Shown: positions 18,460-27,071 of the stretch, in pieces
Layout of the letters: each line of letters begins with the position of its first letter
Numbering within the stretch: position 1 is the first letter of the stretch
Assembly (NCBI GenBank): GCA_964523655.1
Contig: CAZGAN010000001.1
Coordinates: forward strand, 1-41,814
Length of the DNA: 41,814 bases
Direction of reading: 5' to 3'
DNA from: an uncultured Bacteroides sp.
GTDB lineage: Bacteria > Bacteroidota > Bacteroidia > Bacteroidales > Muribaculaceae
The notes under the pieces: model-generated
What the model was told of the DNA's origin: nothing
Databases searched by the model: none
What the model saw: only the letters and a program-made list of their open reading frames with translations
Translations under genes and position numbers: made by a program

Positions 18460-21159
18460 TTATTTTTTGAAGAAGTTGAGCACCTGGCGCATGAGTGCAT
18501 TGCGCTCGCTATCGGTTTTGATAGTCTCAAACGGAAATCCGATAACCACTGTGCGATATGAATTATTGTCGAACGCGGTGCCGGCAGCAAGATTATTTTC
18601 GGTATAGCGAATGAATGTGCAGCCACGATTGTCGTCAGCCGGGTAGAATGAGTCGGGCGACTCAACGGCATAGCAATCTTCACTGAGCTCGGCATTGTAT
18701 GAATAACTACCCTTGCTGAGTGCTTTATAGCGCACCGGCACTTGATAAACGTCACCTTTTATAGCGGCTTGACCTACGCGCCATTTATAGCCTAACACAT
18801 CTGATGCAAACTGCTTATCAGCATCGGCTACGCTTTTGCTTGAGTAGGGATTATCCCAAATGTCGGAAGCCACATAAGCTCCGCTCACAAACACATCGCC
18901 ACCGTTTTGAGTGTGCGCCTTAATCTTATTTTGAAGCGCTGTGGTGAATGCTTTATAGCGTGTGCCATAAACACCGCGACCTTGTTTTATTTCTTTTTGT
19001 TTGCCGAGTATCAAGTCAAGCACTTGTGGCTCTGTTGTTGATATTGCTGAGTTCTCATAAGCCTCAAGGCTGCTCGACACAAAGCCGTATCCGGCATCTG
19101 CTATAGCCTTACCGTGAGTGTACACAAAGTCGAAAGTATTACCTGCCACAACTTTATCCTCATAGTCTGAACGTGAAGCGCCAAATCCGGCAGCATCATC
19201 GTCCATCCAAGGTATGTTGCGACGATATTCAATCATCGAACCGATAAATGATATATCTTTGATATAAGGCACTCCGTGGTCGCGAGTATCGTAAAATCCT
19301 GCTATATCTCCGGCTTCAAACCAGTCGGGAGCCGACACACGAGTAAAGCCATTTACTATATTCACTGTTGTTGCCGACGATGGCTTATAGCACAATGCCA
19401 GCACTTCTGAGGGGAATGACACTCCGCCCTCATTTCCGGCAATAATGCGATATGAGTGTATGTGATTATCGTTAACGGTTATATTACACTGAGTGTCAAC
19501 AACCTTAGCTATCTGTTTGAATGCTCCGTTATCAACGCGCTCCTCAACAAGATAGTAAGTGGGCACTGCGGTTTTCTCCAATGTGTCGATAGTTGAACTC
19601 CAAGTCAAGCTATACGAACCGGGAGTTGTTGCCGTGATAGCAAAAGCTCGCGGAGCTAGCGGCGACACAACATAGTCACGGCCGTCGCGACGCGAAAGAA
19701 ATTGCAACATACCTTTATATATCGCGCGCGAAACCGTGAAGCGGAAGTTCGGGTCAAGACCATACTTCATATCGGCGAAATTCTGGTGGCTTAGTAGCTC
19801 AAGCAACATTGCCGGAACTTCAGGCACTCGAGCCTCGTAGTACGACTTATCCCACATTTCGCGACGTGTCCAATTTGGCTCAAATTGGCGACGCACATCG
19901 CTCACTATGTTTGTCATCACCAAATTTGTGAGTTCACGGGCTGCCAATCGCGAAGTGCCGTTAGCATACTTACCGTTGTTAGTCGTTTTTGTGCAATATA
20001 TGCCAAGTGTGCCGATTATAGAGTCGTTTTTAGTCGTTCCGGCATCGCTATGAAATGCAAATGAGAGGTCAATGGGCACATGCAAACCATCGCGTTTTGG
20101 CAACACTGACGAGCCTCCGGCCATCCAGTTCACCCACTCACCACGCGATTTATAGTCGTCGGTATAGTCGTTAGCATTATTACTCGTGGTGTAGACGCTA
20201 TCAGGAGCTCCCGCCCATTGCAACCAATAGCGAGCGCCCTCAGTGAATCGCGGATACCCACTTTTCACATATTCATAATCCGTATCATCGGTAGGTTCTT
20301 TGACTATGCGAGCAACATTGCCCATACCTCCGCCAATTTTCACAGCATCGGCAGTGATAACAGCATTTTTATCGTTGCTCAAGTTTGAGAGCTCCACAAC
20401 CGGCAAATGCTGCTTACCCTCAGCAAACGGAAATTTGCCAAGATAAACCCATGTGCCTCCACCCATTTGCTGGTTAACCTTAAATTCGCGGGTGCCGGCA
20501 AGTGAATTTACGCGATAAGTAGCATCGGTAGCACTGTTTTTCACTGTTGCATACGACACATACACTGCATATTCTCCAGCCTTTGGGAAATCGGCTGTCC
20601 ATGAAACAGTGCTTTCTTTCTTCGCATTGTTTGTTGCCTTGATTTGGCGAGCTGTGCCATCGCGGAAGGGATTATCTAAGTCGCGAAGCTCTTCTTTGTG
20701 ATACCCAAATCCGGGAGTAACTTTCTTCCAATGCTTATCTGATTCGTGGTATGTGCCAACGGCATTACCTCCGTCATTATCAATAATTAGCTCAACACGG
20801 CTTGTGTCGCGCTCACGTGGACACAACACATAAGCTCCGGCATTCTCGAGCATAGGCATCAAAAACGGAAGTACATAGCTTTGTGTGTACAAGTCTTCAA
20901 CTGTCTCAAAAATGCGCGCACGCTGCCACTCCCATCGGTTGAGTTTGGGCTCAAAATAAAAACCGTGGCTTTGCCACATTGCTATATTTTTGCCGTCAAG
21001 TCCTTTGGGCGCAGGCTGCGCTCCCAGGTCTGTTACAAATGGTATTTTCTCCGTTGGAGCTACGTAAGTAATGTTTGATGTTTGGGCTAAAACGCCTTGC
21101 GTTCCGGTGATTGCAAACGACGCTGCCAATATGATGTTGATTAATTTATTTGGGTTCAT
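18460..21159 (-). CDS. Exported multidomain N-acetylmuramoyl-L-alanine amidase (Amidase_3-like) with golvesin/xanthan-lyase-like insert and FN3 domain
   Basis: Signal peptide VLA-Q; WQSHG, VEDL, AFHSDA, MLLELLSH as candidate Zn/catalytic residues; YRIIAGNEGGVSFPSE FN3 end; start ATG 21159 preferred over TTG 21177. Confidence 0.75.
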   Translation of the reverse strand: MNPNKLINIILAASFAITGTQGVLAQTSNITYVAPTEKIPFVTDLGAQPAPKGLDGKNIAMWQSHGFYFEPKLNRWEWQRARIFETVEDLYTQSYVLPFLMPMLENAGAYVLCPRERDTSRVELIIDNDGGNAVGTYHESDKHWKKVTPGFGYHKEELRDLDNPFRDGTARQIKATNNAKKESTVSWTADFPKAGEYAVYVSYATVKNSATDATYRVNSLAGTREFKVNQQMGGGTWVYLGKFPFAEGKQHLPVVELSNLSNDKNAVITADAVKIGGGMGNVARIVKEPTDDTDYEYVKSGYPRFTEGARYWLQWAGAPDSVYTTSNNANDYTDDYKSRGEWVNWMAGGSSVLPKRDGLHVPIDLSFAFHSDAGTTKNDSIIGTLGIYCTKTTNNGKYANGTSRLAARELTNLVMTNIVSDVRRQFEPNWTRREMWDKSYYEARVPEVPAMLLELLSHQNFADMKYGLDPNFRFTVSRAIYKGMLQFLSRRDGRDYVVSPLAPRAFAITATTPGSYSLTWSSTIDTLEKTAVPTYYLVEERVDNGAFKQIAKVVDTQCNITVNDNHIHSYRIIAGNEGGVSFPSEVLALCYKPSSATTVNIVNGFTRVSAPDWFEAGDIAGFYDTRDHGVPYIKDISFIGSMIEYRRNIPWMDDDAAGFGASRSDYEDKVVAGNTFDFVYTHGKAIADAGYGFVSSSLEAYENSAISTTEPQVLDLILGKQKEIKQGRGVYGTRYKAFTTALQNKIKAHTQNGGDVFVSGAYVASDIWDNPYSSKSVADADKQFASDVLGYKWRVGQAAIKGDVYQVPVRYKALSKGSYSYNAELSEDCYAVESPDSFYPADDNRGCTFIRYTENNLAAGTAFDNNSYRTVVIGFPFETIKTDSERNALMRQVLNFFKK

Positions 21160-21183
21160 GATTTGTTGACTTTTCAAGCACTA

Positions 21184-21191
21184 CAAAAGTA
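21184..21191 (-). promoter_or_regulatory. -7 promoter element for the salvage operon
   Basis: Minus strand reads TACTTTTG, 24 nt upstream of ATG 21159. Confidence 0.65.
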
Positions 21192-21281
21192 CTCATTCAT
21201 TCAAAAAAACACAATATCACCGCCCTTATTTAAACCTTATTTAATCATTAACTACATTTTTTAATAAACTTCACACATCTC

Positions 21282-21324
21282 GTAACTATTCAGCGGACAT
21301 GAAAAATGGCCGCTGAATAGTTAC
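21282..21324. repeat. 15-bp perfect inverted repeat (REP-like or operator)
   Basis: GTAACTATTCAGCGG (21282-21296) and CCGCTGAATAGTTAC (21310-21324). Confidence 0.92.
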
Positions 21325-21372
21325 ATTTAGTAGAAGTTTCGTTAAAAAGTTGGAGTTTTTAACTTTTTGCAT

Positions 21373-21380
21373 TAACTTTG
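21373..21380 (+). promoter_or_regulatory. -7 promoter element for the kinase-ssb unit
   Basis: TAACTTTG, with TTG about 20 nt upstream. Confidence 0.6.
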
Positions 21381-21410
21381 CTCAACACTTATTTTTAAAA
21401 CGCGTATTAA

Positions 21411-22256
21411 ATGAAAGTCATAGCCGAAAGCTCGAGCACTCGCACCGAATGGGCTTTGTGCGACGGTTCAAAAATTGTTGAACATGCGTTCACCACTGGT
21501 TTGAACCCTTATTTCCAAACTCGCCGAGAGATTTCTCACTCTATACGTTTGGAATTGCCCGACGTTTTTTTCAAACGCCGTTGGGATCATGTGTACTATT
21601 ACGGTGCCGGTTGCGCTACCATGGAACACAACAAAACCATGGAATCATCAATCATTGCACAATTCAAAACACCGTGCACCATTGAAAGCGACATTGTTGG
21701 CGCCGCACGCGGTTTGCTCGTGCACAAGCCCGGTTTGGCTTGCATTCTCGGCACCGGCTCAAACTCTTGCTATTATGACGGCAAAGAAATAGTGAAAAAC
21801 GTGCGCCCGCTCGGATTCATACTCGGCGACGAAGGCTCTAACGCCAACATGGGCAAAAACTTTGTCTCTGACATACTCAAAGGCTTGGCTCCTAAAGATT
21901 TGGTAATAAAATTTTACGAGAAATTTCAAATCAGCGAAAATGCTCTCATCGACGAGGTATATCGCGGACAGCTCCCCTCTCGCTCCCTTTCTAAATACGC
22001 TTTCTTCTTGCATGACTACATTGACAACGAGTATGTCTACAAACTCGTGTACGACTCTCTAATGCTATTCTTCAAACGCAACATCATTGCTTACGACTAC
22101 CAAAACAACCCTATAAACTTTGTAGGCTCAACTTGCGTTATGTTTGAAGATGTGTTGCGCAAAGTAGCTGCCGACTTTGGCGCTAGCATTGACAAAATTG
22201 AGCGATACTCTATGCCCGGTTTAGTTGAATATCACGCTGCTGAAGACAATGAATAA
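21411..22256 (+). CDS. Second BadF-family sugar-kinase paralogue with an altered phosphate-1 loop
   Basis: IAESSSTRTEW, GLNPYF, YYGAGC, ILGTGSNS, GFILGDEGS; collinear with 6783-7619. Confidence 0.82.
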   Translation: MKVIAESSSTRTEWALCDGSKIVEHAFTTGLNPYFQTRREISHSIRLELPDVFFKRRWDHVYYYGAGCATMEHNKTMESSIIAQFKTPCTIESDIVGAARGLLVHKPGLACILGTGSNSCYYDGKEIVKNVRPLGFILGDEGSNANMGKNFVSDILKGLAPKDLVIKFYEKFQISENALIDEVYRGQLPSRSLSKYAFFLHDYIDNEYVYKLVYDSLMLFFKRNIIAYDYQNNPINFVGSTCVMFEDVLRKVAADFGASIDKIERYSMPGLVEYHAAEDNE

Positions 22257-22569
22257 AGTTATACTCATGGGGTATGTTGGCAAAGACCCCGAAATTAGAT
22301 ATGCCGAGACCCGTCCGGTTGCATCTTTCTCTTTAGCTACCACTGAGCGCGCTCGTCGCACTGCCTCAGGCGCTGAAATTCCCGAGCGCACCGAGTGGCA
22401 CAACATTGTCATGTGGGATGCTGCTGCTGAAATTGCCGAAAAATACATACGCAAAGGCTCACGACTGCTCGTTGAAGGCAAATTGCGCACCCGCTATTGG
22501 GAAGACCGCAATGCCATTAAGCGCACAATCACTGAAGTGTATGTCGAAAATTTCGACATACTCAAATAG
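22249..22569 (+). CDS. ssb: Single-stranded DNA-binding protein, OB fold only (106 aa)
   Basis: MNKVILMGYVGKDPE, FSLATTE, TEWHNIV, KGSRLLVEGKLRTR; ATG 22249 overlaps the upstream stop. Confidence 0.9.
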   Translation: MNKVILMGYVGKDPEIRYAETRPVASFSLATTERARRTASGAEIPERTEWHNIVMWDAAAEIAEKYIRKGSRLLVEGKLRTRYWEDRNAIKRTITEVYVENFDILK

Positions 22570-22580
22570 CCGTCACCACT

Positions 22581-23960
22581 CTATATCACTCCTATTGACG
22601 CCAATAGCACTATTGCAACGCCGGTGGGTGCTACCCATCGGAGCAAGAAGCGCATCAATTTCACCGGAGCACGCAGTGTGCCTCCATTTGTGAGTTGGTC
22701 ACGAAATATTTTCTTATCGAGCTTATGTCCGGCATAAATAGCAACAAACATACCGCCAACCGGCAAAAGCACATTTGACGAGCAATTATTGAAAAAGTCG
22801 AAGAAATTAAACGTGTAGCCAAATATCTCAAAATTGCTGACTCCACTAAACGAAAGGGCACACAACACACCAAAAACCAAAGCTATAGATGTGGAAATTG
22901 TGCACGCCTTTTTGCGCCCCATTTTGCGCTCATCACAAAAATAAGCAATCGAAATCTCACTCATTGAAATTGTTGACGTGAGCGAGGCAACAAAAAGCAT
23001 GAAGAAAAACAGTGCCGCCCAAATCACACCACCTGCCATGTTTTGAAAAATTGAGGGGAATACCACAAACACCAATGTTGGACCCTGTGTCGGTGTCACT
23101 CCGTAGGTGAACACAGCCGGAAATATCAGCACTCCGGCAAGCACTGCAACAAGTGTATCGAGCGATGCCGTGGTCAGCGCACTGCGAAATAGGTTGGTTT
23201 TATTATTGAAATATGATGCATACGTAAGCATACAGCCCAAACCTATGCTGAGCGAGAAAAACGCTTGTCCAAGAGCACTGAGCACCACTGCCGGTGTGAG
23301 CTTAGAAAAATCAGGCTTAAACAAAAATTCCAAACCCTCTTTTGCTCCGGGCATGAATAGCGAATTAACGCAAAACACCACCAAAATCAAAAACAACAAC
23401 GGCATGAGTATATTTGATATACGCTCAATGCCTTTTTGCACTCCGCCAATCACAACTGCGTGATTTATAAGCAAAAACAGCACGGTGAACAATATCGGGC
23501 GATAACTGTGTGCCGAGAATGTGTCAAAGTGCGCTGCATATCCTCCATCTGCCGAGCCAAAATCAAAAAGATTTCCGCTCACTGTTTGCGTGAAATATTC
23601 AAGAGTCCAGCCTGCCACTACGGCATAAAAGCTAAGTATCATTAGCGAGGCTACTATGCCCAGCACTCCCAACGATTGCCACTTCTTGCCCGCGCCAAGA
23701 CTGCGATAGCAACCAAATATATTAAACCGTGTGTAGCGTCCGAGTATAAACTCCGAGCAAATAACAGGCACTCCTATGAGCAAAATAAAGCCCACATAGC
23801 ACAATATGAACGCAAAGCCGCCATTTGTGCCGGCTTCATACGGAAATCGCCATATATTACCAAGGCCCACCGATGAGCCAACGGTGGTAGCTATAACGCC
23901 AAGGCGCGTGGCAAAAAGTGCACGCTGATTTGTTTCTGATTTGTTGGTATTATTACTCAT
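22581..23960 (-). CDS. Sodium-dependent transporter, NSS/SNF family
   Basis: GSSVGLGNIWRFPY, GVQKGIE, ALGQAFFSLS, GPTLVF. Confidence 0.93.
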   Translation of the reverse strand: MSNNTNKSETNQRALFATRLGVIATTVGSSVGLGNIWRFPYEAGTNGGFAFILCYVGFILLIGVPVICSEFILGRYTRFNIFGCYRSLGAGKKWQSLGVLGIVASLMILSFYAVVAGWTLEYFTQTVSGNLFDFGSADGGYAAHFDTFSAHSYRPILFTVLFLLINHAVVIGGVQKGIERISNILMPLLFLILVVFCVNSLFMPGAKEGLEFLFKPDFSKLTPAVVLSALGQAFFSLSIGLGCMLTYASYFNNKTNLFRSALTTASLDTLVAVLAGVLIFPAVFTYGVTPTQGPTLVFVVFPSIFQNMAGGVIWAALFFFMLFVASLTSTISMSEISIAYFCDERKMGRKKACTISTSIALVFGVLCALSFSGVSNFEIFGYTFNFFDFFNNCSSNVLLPVGGMFVAIYAGHKLDKKIFRDQLTNGGTLRAPVKLMRFLLRWVAPTGVAIVLLASIGVI

Positions 23961-24258
23961 TTTCGGGAGAAGTGAAATAGTCGCGTGGCTTAGGCTCTTG
24001 CTTTTTCTTAGCCTTTTTTTCGGCGGCCTTGCGGTGTCGCTTTTTGCGCTTTTTCTCCGATTTGGCTACTGAATCAGACTTTGACACATTGCTATCGTGC
24101 ACTGACGTTGTTGTCGCCGTCGCAACAGTCTGCTGCACTTGCGGCTGACTGTCGTTGCGCGAATAGATAGCCATAGCCGTGATTGCTATAATCACTAGCC
24201 CGGCAACAACAATAAGTGCAATGCGTTCACGCGATGTGTAAGTGCCTTTACCACTCAT
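23953..24258 (-). CDS. Small single-pass membrane protein with a basic C-terminal tail
   Basis: One hydrophobic helix, S/T linker, KKRKKRHRK tail; fills the gap between the two NSS genes. Confidence 0.75.
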   Translation of the reverse strand: MSGKGTYTSRERIALIVVAGLVIIAITAMAIYSRNDSQPQVQQTVATATTTSVHDSNVSKSDSVAKSEKKRKKRHRKAAEKKAKKKQEPKPRDYFTSPENE

Positions 24259-24262
24259 AGAT

Positions 24263-25618
24263 TTAATTGATTATACCTGATATAAATATAGCTAAAATGG
24301 CTATCGGGGCAAACCATTTGAGCAAGAAGATTAGAAATGAAGTCATGCGCATACGCAAAGTGCCGTTATTGCTGAGCTGACGACGCAACAACCCTTTGGG
24401 CGCAAACCATCCGGCATATATGCACCCCGCCAGCGCTACCAACGGCAACATATACGTGTTGGTGAACGCATCAAGCGCATCAAAAATTATTTTGCCGCAC
24501 AAAGTCCAATCGCTGAGCACACCAAACGAGAGCGCACACAATCCGCTGAGCGGGAAAATTGGAAGCAAGACTGCCCATGTTGCCTTTTTGCGCGACAATC
24601 CGAAACGATCTTGCATAAACTTCACACTCACCTCGGCTATAGAAACCGTTGACGTGAGCGCTGCTACCATCAGCAGCAAGAAAAACAGCACTGACCACAA
24701 TTGCGATGCCGGCAACATGGCAAACACCTCAGGCAGCGTCACAAACACCAAAGTTGTGCCGCTCAAACCGTGGTCGGCAAGATGAAAACTAGCTACGGCA
24801 GGGAAGATTATCAAGCCCATGAGCAACGCAATAACCAAGGTCATTGATACCACAGTCACCGATGTGCGCGTGAGGCGGGTGGTGGCAGGATAGTACGCTG
24901 CATAAGTTATCAATATGCCCATACCCAAACTCAGTGAGAACAGTGCTTGTCCGAGTGCGCTGATGCACACTGCGGGGGTTATTTTCGAGAAATCCGGATT
25001 TAAGAAAAATTCAACACCACTCTTGGCATCGGGCAACGTCAGCGTAGTCACGCAAAACACTGCCAACAACAAGAACAAAAGCGGCATCATAATGTTCGAC
25101 ATGCGCTCAATGCCTTTTTGCACTCCACCTAATAGCACAAATACGTTTATCGCAACAAAAGCCAGTGTATAGTATAGCGGAGCATACCCGGTCATAACAT
25201 ACTGTTGCATGCACTCTGTGAAGTGGCTGCTGCTCAATTCACCACCGGTGTACATGTTCGTGCCAAAACTCTCAACAAGATATTCAAGATTCCAGCCGCC
25301 TACAACCATGTAGAAACATAGTATCATGTACGACACCAAAACCGCTGCTGCACCTATCAGCCACCACGGCTTTCCGGGTGCCAATTTCTTGTACGTGCCT
25401 ACAGCGTCTGAGCCACCTTCACGTCCCATAGCAAATTCACTGAGCATCACCGGAACACCTAAAGCAAATGCACATATTATATATACGAGCAAAAATGCAG
25501 CGCCGCCATTGGCTTGCACTTGTGCCGGAAAGCGCCAAACGGTGCCTAGTCCCACAGCTGAGCCTACTGTGGCTGCAATCAAACCTAATTTCGATTTAAA
25601 TAAAACTTTTTCTGACAT
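24263..25618 (-). CDS. Sodium-dependent transporter, NSS/SNF family (paralogue)
   Basis: GSAVGLGTVWRFP, GVQKGIE, ALGQALFSLS, GTTLVF. Confidence 0.92.
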   Translation of the reverse strand: MSEKVLFKSKLGLIAATVGSAVGLGTVWRFPAQVQANGGAAFLLVYIICAFALGVPVMLSEFAMGREGGSDAVGTYKKLAPGKPWWLIGAAAVLVSYMILCFYMVVGGWNLEYLVESFGTNMYTGGELSSSHFTECMQQYVMTGYAPLYYTLAFVAINVFVLLGGVQKGIERMSNIMMPLLFLLLAVFCVTTLTLPDAKSGVEFFLNPDFSKITPAVCISALGQALFSLSLGMGILITYAAYYPATTRLTRTSVTVVSMTLVIALLMGLIIFPAVASFHLADHGLSGTTLVFVTLPEVFAMLPASQLWSVLFFLLLMVAALTSTVSIAEVSVKFMQDRFGLSRKKATWAVLLPIFPLSGLCALSFGVLSDWTLCGKIIFDALDAFTNTYMLPLVALAGCIYAGWFAPKGLLRRQLSNNGTLRMRMTSFLIFLLKWFAPIAILAIFISGIIN

Positions 25619-25655
25619 ACGTTATTTTTTACTTGAATTGAGATGTGGTTTTGTG

Positions 25656-26960
25656 TCAGTAATCAACGCGTATTATATCTACGCAATTGCCCGACGGTAT
25701 TTTATCTTTCCTTCCTTGCGAAGTTACATATATTGTTTTTCCATCGGCTGAGATATCCAAGCCAACGGGATATGAATCAAGAGGTAGCGACAACACTTTG
25801 CGCATTGTCTTTGTATCAACAACGTCAAGAGTGCTCGCAATGTTGCACGCGGCAAAAATAAACCTGCCTTTCGGCGATGCTACTATGGTGCGTGCTCCTT
25901 CGCCAACTTTGGCGCTCTCCCACCCTTGCGACACCGTCACTGCTTTCTTTTCCGAAGCTTTGAGACGCGATATCGCCGACATCAGTGAGCGCATCGGCAA
26001 ACGTTGCACATATCCGGCTTTATTAACTGATAGATAGAGATAATTGCCGCTGATTATTATGTGGCGCACGTTTGGCATCATGCCGTAAATTTTGCCCAAA
26101 TAGCTATCGCCGTTGCTTTGTGTGTCAATAACAGCGATACCGCCCATGCCTCCCATGCAGCCCACCAACAAATACCTACCGTCAGCAGTAAACACAGTGC
26201 CGCGCAAGGCATTGCCACTGTTTGAGTCGCGGTTCACGCTCTCGGTGAGACTGAGGTCCCATTTCAGTTGTCGGTCAACAACAAAGGGGCGTTCATGGTG
26301 CCACGATGCGGGGTCGGAATCCGGACAATGTATGTAACCAACTGTGTTATCGCCCCAGTCTGCCACAGCTACATGTCGGCTATCGGGCGACACGGCAATC
26401 ATTTTTGGCAACACACCACACTCCATGAGGCGCACTATCGTGTCGGTACGCGTGTCAATTACCGCCAATGCCGACGGGTCTTGTGCATTTATATCAAAAC
26501 TTCGCCGATAATATGGCACCCACAAATATCTGCCGTTGTGACTAAACGCACTCTCCACGGGGCGACCGCGAAACGTGCGCAAGTTTTCACTATAGTGCGA
26601 GAATTTGTAGTAGCCCGACTCCGGAGCCCACAAATCACTGTCAGCGTTGTTAAATTTATGATTAATTTTCGCTGTCTGCTCATTTGTTGATGCATCAAAC
26701 ACCACCGTCGATGCTCCTTCAAGCGAATTTACATAATACTTCGCTCCCGACGGATGTATATTTATTGACTTCGGCGATATTATCGACTTGCAAAGGGTGC
26801 TTGGCTCTGAGTAATTATAGTTTTGTCTACGGTCAACCAACGTGAGTTTCAGCCCTCCCGGCGATGTCACTGACGTGCCCAGCGTGGGATGTGATATATC
26901 CTGCGCTGACATTAGCAAACCTGCCATAGCAAATATCAAATTGATTGATCGTGCGTACAT
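25656..26960 (-). CDS. Exported YncE/YVTN-like beta-propeller protein
   Basis: Repeated blades (FSHNGRYLWV, VSPDSRHVAV, FTADGRYLLV, ISADGKTIYV, VIDT); start ATG 26960 gives a signal peptide ending MSA-Q. Confidence 0.8.
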   Translation of the reverse strand: MYARSINLIFAMAGLLMSAQDISHPTLGTSVTSPGGLKLTLVDRRQNYNYSEPSTLCKSIISPKSINIHPSGAKYYVNSLEGASTVVFDASTNEQTAKINHKFNNADSDLWAPESGYYKFSHYSENLRTFRGRPVESAFSHNGRYLWVPYYRRSFDINAQDPSALAVIDTRTDTIVRLMECGVLPKMIAVSPDSRHVAVADWGDNTVGYIHCPDSDPASWHHERPFVVDRQLKWDLSLTESVNRDSNSGNALRGTVFTADGRYLLVGCMGGMGGIAVIDTQSNGDSYLGKIYGMMPNVRHIIISGNYLYLSVNKAGYVQRLPMRSLMSAISRLKASEKKAVTVSQGWESAKVGEGARTIVASPKGRFIFAACNIASTLDVVDTKTMRKVLSLPLDSYPVGLDISADGKTIYVTSQGRKDKIPSGNCVDIIRVDY

Positions 26961-26966
26961 AATCTG

Positions 26967-26998
26967 CAAATATACAACATAAATAGCCAAATCACAAA
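26967..26998 (-). promoter_or_regulatory. Full consensus promoter for the propeller/NSS unit
   Basis: Minus strand: TTTG (26998-26995), 20-nt spacer, TATATTTG (26974-26967). Confidence 0.72.
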
Positions 26999-27046
26999 TA
27001 ATTTGTAATTTCAAAATCACATTTTCCATATATCAAGTATTTTCAT

Positions 27047-27054
27047 TAATTTTG
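27047..27054 (+). promoter_or_regulatory. -7 promoter element for the M3 peptidase
   Basis: TAATTTTG, 17 nt upstream of ATG 27072. Confidence 0.6.
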
Positions 27055-27071
27055 TGCAAATATTTCTCGTT

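Noticed and set aside
21178-21410. Invertible promoter bounded by the 15-bp inverted repeat
   Set aside because: Only 13 nt lie between the arms, with no promoter inside and no recombinase in the window.
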